Shown here one piece after another: positions 1-10,174 of a DNA stretch of 64,000 bases (its first letter is position 1; every line of letters starts with the position of its first letter). The stretch covers positions 27,532 to 91,531 of the forward strand of contig JAGVXH010000002.1 in assembly GCA_018303845.1 (NCBI GenBank), read 5' to 3'. The notes below the pieces were generated by a model that was not told the DNA's origin, did not search any database, and saw only the letters and a program-made list of their open reading frames with translations. This DNA comes from Candidatus Pacearchaeota archaeon. GTDB lineage: Archaea; Nanobdellota; Nanobdellia; Pacearchaeales; GW2011-AR1. The translations under genes and the position numbers were made by a program.

Positions 1-30
1 GCCTCTTAATTTTATAAACATATTGGCCAA

Positions 31-597
31 TCAATAATTCTCTACAAACAATTCATAATAAGCCCTATCATGTTTACACGCCGGACAAACTTCAGGCGCT
101 TCACTTCCCTCATGAACATATCCACAATTCCTGCATTTCCATTCAACAATACTATTCCGAACAAAAACCATCCCAGAATCAACATTATCTTTCAACTTCA
201 AATACCGTGCCTCATGCCTCTCTTCAACTTCAGCAATCTCCTTAAACGAATCAGCAACGTCATTAAACCCTTCCTCACGAGCAACCCTCTCAAACTCAGG
301 ATAAAGCTTACTCCACTCCTCCCTTTCTCCCTCAGCAGCAGAAAGCAAATTCTCCGACGTGTTTCCAATTTTCCCAGCAGGATAACTAGCAACAATCTCA
401 ACTTTGCCACCTTCTAAATACTTAAAAAAAATCTCTGCATGTTCTTTTTCATTATCGGCAGTCTCCTGAAAAATTCCAGCAATCTGTTCGAAACCCTCCT
501 TACGTGCAACCGAAGCAAAAAAAGTATAACGATTCCGAGCTTGACTCTCACCAGCAAATGCCTTCAACAAATTCTTTTCCGTCTTACTCCCCTTCAT
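31..597 (-). CDS. rbr: Rubrerythrin
   Basis: NLLKAFAGESQARNRY, ExxH diiron motifs, C-terminal rubredoxin CxxC..CPxC; start taken at MKGSKT. Confidence 0.95.
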   Translation of the reverse strand: MKGSKTEKNLLKAFAGESQARNRYTFFASVARKEGFEQIAGIFQETADNEKEHAEIFFKYLEGGKVEIVASYPAGKIGNTSENLLSAAEGEREEWSKLYPEFERVAREEGFNDVADSFKEIAEVEERHEARYLKLKDNVDSGMVFVRNSIVEWKCRNCGYVHEGSEAPEVCPACKHDRAYYELFVENY

Positions 598-678
598 AAA
601 ATAAAAAAACAAAATCTCTTTTTATAGTTTTGGAATCAAAATAAAAAACTATAAATAAAAAAAATAAAAAATACAGGT

Positions 679-1131
679 CTAAATTTGATAACAAATATCT
701 TCAAACCACACCGGCTGAGTATCAACAACTTTAACAGGATATATTGGAGTAGTGTGAACAGACGTTCTCCAGCTAGGCAATCCGCAATTAGCATAACACT
801 GATATTCTATACAAATATACAACCCACTTCCCCCACCAACAGTAGCAATCTGAGCTGCAGTTAAACAACTCCCATCTCCATCTAAAAACTGGTCATCAGG
901 ACAAAGAGTAATAGTATTAGTATCAACCGCCCCTGCAGGAATAGTCCCACAATTATACCCAGTTATCGCATTACAAAGCGCATTATCGACAACAACTTCC
1001 CCAGAACTATGTCCCATAAGAGCAGGGCTACTCCCGCCATATCCATAAACAAATCCAACACCAACCAAAATAACAATCAAACCAATCCAAGCAAAATCCC
1101 TTTTCCCTAAACTAAACTTCACATCAACCAT
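679..1131 (-). CDS. Membrane-anchored Cys-containing hypothetical protein
   Basis: N-terminal TM helix, GHSSGE motif, several Cys. Confidence 0.6.
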   Translation of the reverse strand: MVDVKFSLGKRDFAWIGLIVILVGVGFVYGYGGSSPALMGHSSGEVVVDNALCNAITGYNCGTIPAGAVDTNTITLCPDDQFLDGDGSCLTAAQIATVGGGSGLYICIEYQCYANCGLPSWRTSVHTTPIYPVKVVDTQPVWFEDICYQI

Positions 1132-1222
1132 CTTACAATTATTAACAATAATTCTTTTAAATATATTCGTATTTCAAAAAAACAGTCCCAAGCCTTTTAT
1201 ACTAAAAACTCTAAATCAAATT

Positions 1223-2050
1223 ATGAAAAAAATCCCCCAAGACATAGTAGGCAACATCGCAATCCTAAAATTTCCAAGAACAACTCTTTGGATAATAAAA
1301 AAATTAAAAGCAATGTCTTTCCTAAAATCACATCCACATGTAACAACAGTAGTTGAAAAAATAGAAAAATTTTCTGGGGAGCTCAGAATTCCAACAACAA
1401 AATATCTAGCTGGAGAAAAAACATACACAGCCATCTACAAGGAAAACGATTGCACATTCAAATTCAACATCAATACAACTTACTTCTCCCCAAGACTGTC
1501 CAATGAAAGAAAAGTTATAGCAGATGAAGTTGGAAAACTCGTCCCCGAACAACCAAACAACCAGACTACCAAACAACCAGTTAAAATGTGCAACATCCTA
1601 GTCATGTTCGCAGGAATTGCCCCTTATCCAATCACAATAGCAAAATGCTTGCTAAAAGCTAATCGCCAAAAACTAAAGGCCAATTTCCACATCTACTCAA
1701 ATGAATTAAACCCAGAAGCAAATAAGTCAGCAAAAGAAAACATAATCCTAAACAAACTACAAAAAGAAATAACCCTCATCCCAGGAGACGCCAATAAAAT
1801 AAAATCCAAAAAAAAGTTCGACATTATCCTAATGCCAAGACCAAACCTAGAAGACACCTTCCTAAAATCAGCCTTAAAACTTTCGAAATCCGGAACAACA
1901 ATCTTCTATCACGGCTTCGGAACAGAAGAATCAGTCCTAAAAGAAATTAAAAAAGACGCTAAAGGAAAAATAGAAAAAATCAAAATCAGAAAAGCCGGAG
2001 ATATCGGACCCTACATTTTCCGTTGGCAAGCCCAATTCAAAGTAAAATAA
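1223..2050 (+). CDS. trm5: tRNA methyltransferase, Trm5/Met-10+ family
   Basis: DIVGNIAI, YKENDCTF, YFSPRLSNER, MFAGIAPY SAM-binding motif, ELNPEA. Confidence 0.85.
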   Translation: MKKIPQDIVGNIAILKFPRTTLWIIKKLKAMSFLKSHPHVTTVVEKIEKFSGELRIPTTKYLAGEKTYTAIYKENDCTFKFNINTTYFSPRLSNERKVIADEVGKLVPEQPNNQTTKQPVKMCNILVMFAGIAPYPITIAKCLLKANRQKLKANFHIYSNELNPEANKSAKENIILNKLQKEITLIPGDANKIKSKKKFDIILMPRPNLEDTFLKSALKLSKSGTTIFYHGFGTEESVLKEIKKDAKGKIEKIKIRKAGDIGPYIFRWQAQFKVK

Positions 2051-2069
2051 ATTACAACAAGCCTCCACT

Positions 2070-2166
2070 TTAGTGAGCCATCCAATTACAAAGTAATCGA
2101 GCCATCCAAAAAATTCATTTTTTGAACCACCCACCTTAGTGAGCCATCCAGCAAAGCTGAGCTAAA
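2070..2166. repeat. Three GAGCCATCC+hairpin units
   Basis: GAGCCATCCA occurs three times, followed by hairpins attac-aaa-gtaat, caaaaaa-ttca-ttttttg and cagc-aaa-gctg. Confidence 0.8.
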
Positions 2167-2167
2167 G

Positions 2168-2309
2168 TCACGGCTTCGGAACAGAAGAATCAGTCTTAAA
2201 CGAAATCAAAAAAAACACCAATAGAAAAATAGGAAAAATAACCATAAGAAAAGCTGGGGATATCGGACCTTATTTATTTCGATGGCAAGCTAAATTCAAA
2301 ATCAAATAA
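2168..2309 (+). pseudogene. Diverged second copy of the trm5 3' end
   Basis: Colinear with 1909-2050; first 28 nt identical; translates HGFGTEESVLNEIKKNTNRKIGKITIRKAGDIGPYLFRWQAKFKIK*. Confidence 0.92.
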
Positions 2310-2673
2310 GAAAATCCTTTATCTTTTCTCCAAGCTGCCCTTCAGAGACAGAATTCCCTCTAATCTCATCGACAACCTCGCCATCTCTATAAAATTCCAA
2401 AAAGGGGAATGCAGATATCCCCTGCCCCAACATATACTGCCAATGCACACTCTCACCAGAACACAAAGCAATCAGATGTCCTTTATTCTCTTGCACAACA
2501 CTCGACAATTTAGAAAACTTATCATTAAGCCTGGAGCAATGCACACATCCATCCTTCCAAGAATAAACAATCTTCTTGTCAGCCATAACATCCCCCCTTA
2601 ACTCCTTAACATTTATTCCATTAAGGGGGACCAAAAACCCAAGTTCATTCACTCTATAATTATTCATATTCAT
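2302..2673 (-). CDS. Thioredoxin-fold protein
   Basis: GCVHC motif, GISAFPFLEFYRDGEVV cis-Pro region; start uncertain. Confidence 0.7.
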   Translation of the reverse strand: MNMNNYRVNELGFLVPLNGINVKELRGDVMADKKIVYSWKDGCVHCSRLNDKFSKLSSVVQENKGHLIALCSGESVHWQYMLGQGISAFPFLEFYRDGEVVDEIRGNSVSEGQLGEKIKDFLI

Positions 2674-2713
2674 ATTAATCGCAAAAAAAATTTGGTTTAT
2701 AAAAATTTGCATA

Positions 2714-4024
2714 CTAAAAATTCTCTTTCCTAATCGCCATCGGAGCCTCTCCGCCATGCCAAGTAAACCTAGGACGTATCCTCATTGGATAAATCCTTTC
2801 CGAATTATCATCCAAAATAATTGCCGAACCTTTCAGATGCGGCAACCCATTAAGCTTAGCCGCGATGTCAGACTTCATATAGCTCTGCGTAACATCATTT
2901 AAGGCATCAACATCAGCCCGAGCAGTAACCCTATGCGAAATAACAATGTCACTTTGAGTCATCGCATCTGTATGAATCTTCCCAGGTTGCTGCGTAGCCA
3001 AAACCATCGAAACCCCAGGTTGCCGACCCTCTCTCAAAAGCTGAACCAAAGCATCCGTCGCCGGCGTCTTCCCAACAGACTCATGCGCCAAAAACTCGTG
3101 AGCCTCATCAATGAAAATCCAGACCAAGGGCATCTCTCTCACAACCCGAAATCTCCCATAATCCGCCCCATGCGAAACAGCCGAAATCTCTTCCATCTTC
3201 CGAGCCTTCATTCTCTCATTAAAAATTTTCTTCGACACCAACCCAATAATCAAAGCCCGAACATTAAAAGACCCAAGTGAAGCATACATGGACAAATCAA
3301 TAACCGTAGTAACTCCAGCCTCAATCAAATCACGAACAGCCGTACCCTTTTCCTCATCAAAAACCTTCCAAGTATCAGCCGCATCAAAAAGCGCACTAAC
3401 AGCATTCTGGACATCCTGACTCACATTCCGAGCTCTCCCCACAAGACCATGAATCTCCTTAAACCCAAAACTTTTCCCTTCCTCTCGAAGCTCCGAAATA
3501 ACACCCTCAATCAAAACTGCCACCGGGTCAGTAAATTTCAATTCAAAAAGACTAACCCAATCACTAGCTTCCAATTCCGAAATCTTAATCGCAAACTCAG
3601 CATCGACATCAATCCCCTTATCCTTAAACTCATTATAATAACCAAACGGCGCAAAAACTTTTACATTAACATTCTTCTCACTAAGCCCCCATTCCCGAAG
3701 CAAATCCGCGTCCTTCGCATTCTTATACTTCATCGTCCAATAAATCCCCATAGTATCAAAAATTAAACTCGCAATATTCCCAGATTCCTCGACACCCAAA
3801 TCTCCAAGTGCCTCAGCCATCACACCTAAAGTATACGATTTACCACTTCCCCTCTTACCTGAAACCAAAACAACATGACTCCGCACAATATCCATATAAA
3901 TTGGATTCGATAAAGACGTGTAATTTCCCATCGTAACAAAACTCTTTCCCAAATACGCAAGCCCTCGCATCCCAAACGCTTCCCTATCACTTTTATTACG
4001 ACCAACAATTAAATCAAACGGCAT
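2714..4024 (-). CDS. HerA/FtsK-like (DUF87) ATPase
   Basis: Walker A GKRGSGKS, Walker B IFIDEAH, REGRQPG, ATQQP. Confidence 0.85.
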   Translation of the reverse strand: MPFDLIVGRNKSDREAFGMRGLAYLGKSFVTMGNYTSLSNPIYMDIVRSHVVLVSGKRGSGKSYTLGVMAEALGDLGVEESGNIASLIFDTMGIYWTMKYKNAKDADLLREWGLSEKNVNVKVFAPFGYYNEFKDKGIDVDAEFAIKISELEASDWVSLFELKFTDPVAVLIEGVISELREEGKSFGFKEIHGLVGRARNVSQDVQNAVSALFDAADTWKVFDEEKGTAVRDLIEAGVTTVIDLSMYASLGSFNVRALIIGLVSKKIFNERMKARKMEEISAVSHGADYGRFRVVREMPLVWIFIDEAHEFLAHESVGKTPATDALVQLLREGRQPGVSMVLATQQPGKIHTDAMTQSDIVISHRVTARADVDALNDVTQSYMKSDIAAKLNGLPHLKGSAIILDDNSERIYPMRIRPRFTWHGGEAPMAIRKENF

Positions 4025-4264
4025 AATAAAATAAAACAAATAAGCTTTATAATTATTTAGCAAAATCAAACAAGTTCACAAATTATTTTTTAAATTCAGA
4101 CGTCATATAAAAAATAACAAAGAAAAAAATTGAAGTATCGCTAATTAAATTCTCACCAAACATCTTTTTCGCTTAGACAAAAATACATCAAATAAATAAA
4201 AGTTATTATGCATAAAATCATGCACAACCAAAACCTTTAAATAGTTTAATTATCTAGTAGTAAC

Positions 4265-4477
4265 ATGGAATACAAACCAAACTACGAAACTTCTTCCCTC
4301 GGGAAGAAAATCGCAAATACAGGACTAGCCCTACTTGTTGCAGGAACCTTATTTGCAGGAATCGTTGGATGCACATCCACCGGAACCTACAATGTGCCAG
4401 TGGAGACATACCAGCATGAAGGTAGAGATGGTGGCGGAAACGGCGGCGGCGGAAACGGCGGCGGCGGAGAAGGCTAA
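4265..4477 (+). CDS. Small putative lipoprotein with Gly-rich tail
   Basis: Hydrophobic segment ending IVGC lipobox; GGGNGGGGNGGGGEG tail; upstream TTTAAA. Confidence 0.6.
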   Translation: MEYKPNYETSSLGKKIANTGLALLVAGTLFAGIVGCTSTGTYNVPVETYQHEGRDGGGNGGGGNGGGGEG

Positions 4478-4578
4478 TTTTTTATTTTTAAAAAAGAACC
4501 TATTCTTATAGGTTCTTTTAATCTTATTCTAATCAATCGCTATAATACAAAATAAAAAAATATCCTTACCAATATTAT

Positions 4579-5946
4579 CTAAGGCCTAGGGCACACAAAA
4601 CTAATTCCACCTATATCATTTGAAGCATCATCATAAACACGCACATCATAATCCAAATCATTAAAGCACTGACTATTAGCAAATCCCACAGGATCTATGA
4701 CCAGTCCAAAAGTTCCAGATACTACCTCAATATTATAGATTTTCTCAAAACCAGTTTGGGTTGTCACCCTCTTCCAAACAGTCCCAGCAGCCTCGCCACT
4801 ATTACTAACACTAACCTTATAATTACACTTATTATAATAACATCCAGCGGCTGAATCATAAGTCAAAACCGTAGTCGTCTGAGCAATACTCGCACTCAAA
4901 ACCGCAACTCCCGATGTACCCACGACGCATTTTCCATTACTGCAAACTTTTCCACTAGAACACACACTGCAATTAACGCTTGCACCACAAATCGTTTGCG
5001 TTCCACATTCAAATCCTAAACTAGAACACGTATCATAACAAGACGCCCCAACACAAGATCTGGTACTATCTAAAACATATCCAGGCCAAAGAGAACAATC
5101 CGGAGAGGCCATTTTGCAACTCGTAATTTCATAAACATCATTCCAGCACTCATAACGTTCTTTAAAAAATCCACATCCACCCGTACTTCGCCCATGATCA
5201 TATGCATCACACTCATCATCAAAATTACTTACGCACCCTCCCTTGATAACCGGGCCATCTCCCCGGCAAACTCCTTCCTTGTACAAACTATCAACACACT
5301 CACCACCAACACAAATCTTTCCACGCGAACTACAATCATCGATTACACTTCCAACCCCCCAATTTAAACAACCATCCACATCTTCTACACAATTCTGTCC
5401 CAAAACCTTAACGCCATCAGCAGAACAATCAACAAGTAATCCAGCTGCCGAACACTCATCCACACAAAACCCTGAAGGAAGCTCGCCTTCCCAAAAAAAC
5501 AATCTAACCTTTTTAGGAGAATACACAGCATCAGGTCCTCCGCCAACCTCACTGGATATCACAATTTCCTCCACATAAACATCTTTATCTAAAGTAACAA
5601 TAAAAATTTTCGAATCCATTTTACAAAAATCTGTCAAATTCCCAAGATCACAAATCCGAAGAGAATATCCAAAAACATCTGGAATTTTTTCTTTAACAAA
5701 CGCATTCAACTTATCATAGCTAGGATCTCCCGGCGAATCATCCACAACACTCAAAACATCTAATCTCAAATCAGTCCGAAGAGCAATATCTGCCAAAATT
5801 TCCTTTTGCAAACTATAACTGTAATCACTAATCGTGACCTCCTCTCGAACCGACTGGTTCGAATAAACCGCAATCATAGCCCCGCTAACAATCATAACAG
5901 CAATCGTTGCCTCCAAAATACGAATCCATCCACTCTTCCCCTTCAT
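4579..5946 (-). CDS. Pilin-like protein with Cys-rich extension (minor pilin/adhesin)
   Basis: Class III-like signal KSG/WIRILEA plus hydrophobic helix; Cys-rich C-terminal half. Confidence 0.65.
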   Translation of the reverse strand: MKGKSGWIRILEATIAVMIVSGAMIAVYSNQSVREEVTISDYSYSLQKEILADIALRTDLRLDVLSVVDDSPGDPSYDKLNAFVKEKIPDVFGYSLRICDLGNLTDFCKMDSKIFIVTLDKDVYVEEIVISSEVGGGPDAVYSPKKVRLFFWEGELPSGFCVDECSAAGLLVDCSADGVKVLGQNCVEDVDGCLNWGVGSVIDDCSSRGKICVGGECVDSLYKEGVCRGDGPVIKGGCVSNFDDECDAYDHGRSTGGCGFFKERYECWNDVYEITSCKMASPDCSLWPGYVLDSTRSCVGASCYDTCSSLGFECGTQTICGASVNCSVCSSGKVCSNGKCVVGTSGVAVLSASIAQTTTVLTYDSAAGCYYNKCNYKVSVSNSGEAAGTVWKRVTTQTGFEKIYNIEVVSGTFGLVIDPVGFANSQCFNDLDYDVRVYDDASNDIGGISFVCPRP

Positions 5947-6096
5947 GTAAATATTTACTTATTTATTTTTATATACTTATCCATCAAGATAAATAAACCC
6001 ACAAATTAAAATTTTAAATTTCAATCTAAAAAAGCGTTAATCAAATTTTTCTCAAGTCTTTTTATCCAACAAAAATACATCAAATAAATCTAAGAC

Positions 6097-6801
6097 TTAC
6101 CAAATTCTAATACTAATCCGCTCGTTACTAACTTCCCCATTGCTCTTTAAAACCTTCACGACATAATCCTGAGCCAAAACATTGACGACATCAGGAATAT
6201 CATTACTGGGCTTCATCTCAACCTCACTCATCCCCTCAGGAACAATCGCAAAATCAAAAATATCAGCAACTCCCAAATCTCGCTTCAACCCGCTATAATC
6301 AGTATCATACCTGACCTTCATCGCCTGCAACTTAGAATAAGAAACAACCTCCAACTCAACAACCCCGCCCAATTCAAAATCAGTCAAATGCCCACACGTC
6401 GCAACTATCCCATCCGTAAACTCAGGAGAAATTGCAACCCTAAAAAAACTATCATCCTTTTTCAAATTCAACTCTCCTTCAACAAGATTAGAGTCAATAC
6501 TAGCTCCCCCAAGTCTAGTCACTAAACTACTCTCATCAGTAATAGCATATTTGAAAAGTTCACTGGGCAATTTAATATAAAAACAAGCCTTATCTCCAGT
6601 ATAATTAGTCTTCACAAAAACACTAGACAACTCAGTATTAACCTCATCACTAAATGAATCATAAACCCCCTCAAGCGCAGATTTCGGAAGTGACGAATCT
6701 TTCCATGGACTCAAAAACATAAACAGAAAAAATACAAATCCAATAAAAAACACAAATCCAATTATCATTTCAAAATGCCCCGAACCCTTCTTCCCTCTCA
6801 T
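6097..6801 (-). CDS. Pilin-like protein, class III signal peptide
   Basis: KKG/SGHFE plus hydrophobic helix; lies in the pilus cluster. Confidence 0.6.
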   Translation of the reverse strand: MRGKKGSGHFEMIIGFVFFIGFVFFLFMFLSPWKDSSLPKSALEGVYDSFSDEVNTELSSVFVKTNYTGDKACFYIKLPSELFKYAITDESSLVTRLGGASIDSNLVEGELNLKKDDSFFRVAISPEFTDGIVATCGHLTDFELGGVVELEVVSYSKLQAMKVRYDTDYSGLKRDLGVADIFDFAIVPEGMSEVEMKPSNDIPDVVNVLAQDYVVKVLKSNGEVSNERISIRIW

Positions 6802-6842
6802 GTCAACAAAATACTTTTCTCATTTATATAACTATTCCCATT

Positions 6843-7670
6843 TTAACCAAACAATACCCGAGCCCCCATAGTAATCAAAAGCGTCACCGTGAGCAAAATA
6901 AACGAATGCCGAATCCCAGCCCTAATTGTCCCCTCCGAAATCTTCCCAATCACCAGTCCAGCAAAAAATGACTGCACTAACAACATCACAAAAAGTGGCA
7001 TAGAAAATTCCTCAGGATTCATCTGACTTATGCTCACGCTTAAACCTTCTCCAGTCTGCAAGTCCGAAACCAAGGGCAAAATCTTAAACTCCATAACAAG
7101 CATAATAATAATAAATACAAAAAAAATCATATAACCTTGAGTCACCAGATTCGAAACCGAAGCCTGTCTCTCCTTTCTCAAAGTCTCAACCTGAGTAACA
7201 GAACTCGCAACTGATTCCAAAATCATTTCAATATTTCCACCAGCCCGTTCAGCCTCACTAATCAAACCAACCGCCCTAGAAACAACTGGGCTATTCGTAT
7301 CCTTCGAAAAAGTAATCAAAGCATTAGTCAAAGTAATCCCAATCGTCAATTGATTCGCCAACTTAACAATATGAAAACTAAGTGTCCCATAATCTCTGCT
7401 CCTTAAATTAATAATACTCTTACTAATCGGAGTCCCCGACCGAACCATCTCAACAAGATCCCTAGTAAACTCCAAAAATTTCTCTTCCTTCTCACGCTGT
7501 CGAGCCTGCCCAAGCAAAAAACTAAGCATAAATGGAATAACCATAACCAAAAGAGAAATAACAAGTAAAAGATTCAACAAATCCCCAGAAAAAATCCCAA
7601 ACGAAGCGCCAGCCACAATAATCCCCGCTCCAATCCCCAGCCAATGCATCAAATCAAGCTTCATCCTCAC
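6843..7670 (-). CDS. Type IV pilus membrane platform protein (TadC/T2SSF family)
   Basis: FLEFTRDLVEMVRSGTPI, EAERAGG, GLVIGKISEG, multiple TMs. Confidence 0.88.
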   Translation of the reverse strand: MRMKLDLMHWLGIGAGIIVAGASFGIFSGDLLNLLLVISLLVMVIPFMLSFLLGQARQREKEEKFLEFTRDLVEMVRSGTPISKSIINLRSRDYGTLSFHIVKLANQLTIGITLTNALITFSKDTNSPVVSRAVGLISEAERAGGNIEMILESVASSVTQVETLRKERQASVSNLVTQGYMIFFVFIIIMLVMEFKILPLVSDLQTGEGLSVSISQMNPEEFSMPLFVMLLVQSFFAGLVIGKISEGTIRAGIRHSFILLTVTLLITMGARVLFG

Positions 7671-9058
7671 ATCCTCGGCTGCTTCATATTTAGTACTACA
7701 ATAAAAACAATATTCGTAACAACAATCGCGCCAATCGCCAAAAACATCAAACTAGTAATCCCAAGCCCACCCATGCCAAGCCCAGCCACATTCATAACAA
7801 TAAACATCATCATCAAAACAAGCGGAGCCGCAATCAAAATAGAAATATAAACATCCATAAAAGTCCCAGCCAATGCCGAATACTTTTGCCTTTCAAGTCG
7901 ATAATCAACCAAAAAACTTTCACTCTTCTTGTCCAAATAATTCTTCAATGCCCCACCACTAGAAATATTAGTAGCGAGCCCAGAAAACAATTCCGCTAAT
8001 TGTTTATTAGAAGTAGTCTTCGCAACATTCTTCAAGGACGTTACAATATCATACCCATAGACTTCAATTTGAACAACAATCTTCTTCATCTCAGCACCAA
8101 TATTCGGATATTCTACCGATGCCGCAATAATCTTAAAAATTTTTACAGGCGTAATATTAGACCCAGCAATCGCCGCCATATGAATCGTCGAAAAAGGCAA
8201 CTCATAAGAAACACTTTTATGCACAGAAGAAGCCTCACTCGAAGGATAAAAATAAAATCCAAACATAGTCAGCCCAACAAAACCAAAAGGCAAAAAGAAA
8301 TAAATCCAATTCGATAAACTAAAAAGCAACAAAAGCAAAAACATAAACACCCCAAAAACAAAAGCAATACAACAACTCATCATCGCCATCGACAAATAAC
8401 TCGAAAGTAAAATCGGAATATTCGCGTTCTTCAAATCCTTACTCACCTCATCAAACTGCCGACTCCACTTATCGCTAAACCTTCCGAAATATTTACTCGA
8501 AAAAACAATATACATATTCGGCTTCCAAGCATCTGCGCCTACTCCCTCTTCCTTAATCTTCTTAACTCCCTCCAACGCTTCTTCACTAAGTTTCAAAGTT
8601 TTAAGAAAATTTTTCCTATCCTCTTTGTTAATCGTAATAAATCTCTTCTCATTAGTAGCAGGCGAAACATAACTCATACTAACAGTCTTCTTCTCAATAG
8701 GTGCAGTCTCAATAACTTTAAGTTTTCCAGCCAACTTCTTAGCCTCTCCAGCATCACGACTCGCAATCAAATCCAATTTCTTAATTTCAGGCTTGGCAAC
8801 CAAGGGCTTCAAAGTTTTCCTCTCAGCAACCAAAGGCTTCGCAACAACAGACTCTGGCATCTCAGCAAAGGGACTCCACTCTTTCAATAACTCAGGCACT
8901 GCATTATTCAAATAATCCAACTGCTCAGCGAGAGCCTTCAAGCTCGTACCATAAAAAGCCCTATTCACCGGATCATTCCGATATCCAATCGCAATCGCTC
9001 GCATATCCATAATAATTTTTTTCTCTTGCTCCAAATTCCTCTTCAAATCCTCAAACAT
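7667..9058 (-). CDS. Type IV pilus membrane platform protein (TadB/TadC/T2SSF family)
   Basis: ELPFSTIHMAAIAGS, YGYDIVTSL, ISSGG, DVYISILIAAP; start taken at MFEDLK. Confidence 0.85.
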   Translation of the reverse strand: MFEDLKRNLEQEKKIIMDMRAIAIGYRNDPVNRAFYGTSLKALAEQLDYLNNAVPELLKEWSPFAEMPESVVAKPLVAERKTLKPLVAKPEIKKLDLIASRDAGEAKKLAGKLKVIETAPIEKKTVSMSYVSPATNEKRFITINKEDRKNFLKTLKLSEEALEGVKKIKEEGVGADAWKPNMYIVFSSKYFGRFSDKWSRQFDEVSKDLKNANIPILLSSYLSMAMMSCCIAFVFGVFMFLLLLLFSLSNWIYFFLPFGFVGLTMFGFYFYPSSEASSVHKSVSYELPFSTIHMAAIAGSNITPVKIFKIIAASVEYPNIGAEMKKIVVQIEVYGYDIVTSLKNVAKTTSNKQLAELFSGLATNISSGGALKNYLDKKSESFLVDYRLERQKYSALAGTFMDVYISILIAAPLVLMMMFIVMNVAGLGMGGLGITSLMFLAIGAIVVTNIVFIVVLNMKQPRM

Positions 9059-9059
9059 A

Positions 9060-9218
9060 TTATGTTCTAAGTGCCTCCGAAATTTTCCGATGAATATCAA
9101 AAATAAAAACCCTAAGCTTATTCGCGCTAACACTATCATGCTTCTCAATCGCAATCTCTAACTTCGAAATCCCATCTTCCATAGAATCAACTAATTGCCC
9201 AATAAATTCAACATCCAT
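9060..9218 (-). CDS. Small helical protein (52 aa), not in the ORF track
   Basis: MDVEFIGQLVDSMEDGISKLEIAIEKHDSVSANKLRVFIFDIHRKISEALRT*; stop abuts the next start. Confidence 0.6.
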   Translation of the reverse strand: MDVEFIGQLVDSMEDGISKLEIAIEKHDSVSANKLRVFIFDIHRKISEALRT

Positions 9219-9245
9219 ATATCACCCACAACTCCAAAAGAAACT

Positions 9246-9785
9246 CTATTTATTAACTTTATCCAGATAGCCCTGACAAACAAAACATTCATTTGGGAAA
9301 ATATCTTCCATAAAATTATTATTTAACTTAATTCCCTTAACAAACTCATTCCGCCTAATAGTATTTTTGCCATTATATTGCGCATAAAAGTCCAAACAAA
9401 ATGGAGACAAATTTTTTCCCTTAACTTTCATTTCCTCTCCCCCGAAAAAACACAACCGCTCATAAACATTACTACTTTCTCTAGAACAAAACCCCTGTTC
9501 AAAAAATAAACTACCAACCCTTTCATGCCCTCTCCCAAAATGAAGCGCCGCCATCTCTACTGGTTGCAATAAATAAAACTCTCCACGTTCAAGAATTTCC
9601 CCATCTTTAATCTTCATTATATAATCCAAAAACTTATCAAAAACAGAAGGCATCCTAGATTTAAAATCAGATAAACTCAAGAGATTTCCTTTACTCTCAA
9701 GACGCCCCAATGCATCATTTAAATTTCCAACAATTTTTTCAGGCGACTCAAAATAATGCGGAACAATTTCCATAAAACTATACAA
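9246..9785 (-). CDS. Hypothetical protein
   Basis: Co-oriented ORF with no recognised motif. Confidence 0.5.
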   Translation of the reverse strand: MYSFMEIVPHYFESPEKIVGNLNDALGRLESKGNLLSLSDFKSRMPSVFDKFLDYIMKIKDGEILERGEFYLLQPVEMAALHFGRGHERVGSLFFEQGFCSRESSNVYERLCFFGGEEMKVKGKNLSPFCLDFYAQYNGKNTIRRNEFVKGIKLNNNFMEDIFPNECFVCQGYLDKVNK

Positions 9786-9813
9786 CCCAACTCTTTATAA
9801 AAATTATTGCACT

Positions 9814-10140
9814 CTAATTAATCCTTCTCTCAAGCTCTCTAAAAAACGCATCCCTCACAACCCCACCAACACGCTTCCCAACTTTAATCTCCATATCATA
9901 TTTTTCATCCCCAAAAGAATCAAAATACCTTCTAGAAAAACCCACGTTCCAACGAGCAAGTCGCATAATATCCAAATAATTATCCAAAGGAATGCTCGCC
10001 TCAATTCCCTTGATAGCGTCCTCAAAAGTCATTTTACCTTTCTCAGAATCCCCAACAAAAACACCTAAATCTTCCAAGCTAAAAATAGACAAATCCACTT
10101 TATTCAACTCTTCAAAAACACAATCTCCAGATAAAACCAT
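9814..10140 (-). CDS. Hypothetical protein
   Basis: Co-oriented ORF with no recognised motif. Confidence 0.5.
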   Translation of the reverse strand: MVLSGDCVFEELNKVDLSIFSLEDLGVFVGDSEKGKMTFEDAIKGIEASIPLDNYLDIMRLARWNVGFSRRYFDSFGDEKYDMEIKVGKRVGGVVRDAFFRELERRIN

Positions 10141-10174
10141 AATCCCACATCAAAACCCTACTTTTTAAAAATTA

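Noticed and set aside
2070-2166. Possible mini-CRISPR array
   Set aside because: Repeats are only 10-15 bp, the spacers are self-complementary and irregular, and no cas genes are present.
1909-2309. Diversity-generating retroelement VR/TR pair
   Set aside because: Differences are not confined to adenines of one copy, and no reverse transcriptase is encoded in the window.
4179-4225. Short motifs shared with 6070 (AAAATACATCAAATAAAT) and 14842 (AAAATCATGCAC)
   Set aside because: They are AT-rich and short, and cannot be separated from chance or generic terminator/promoter sequence by eye.
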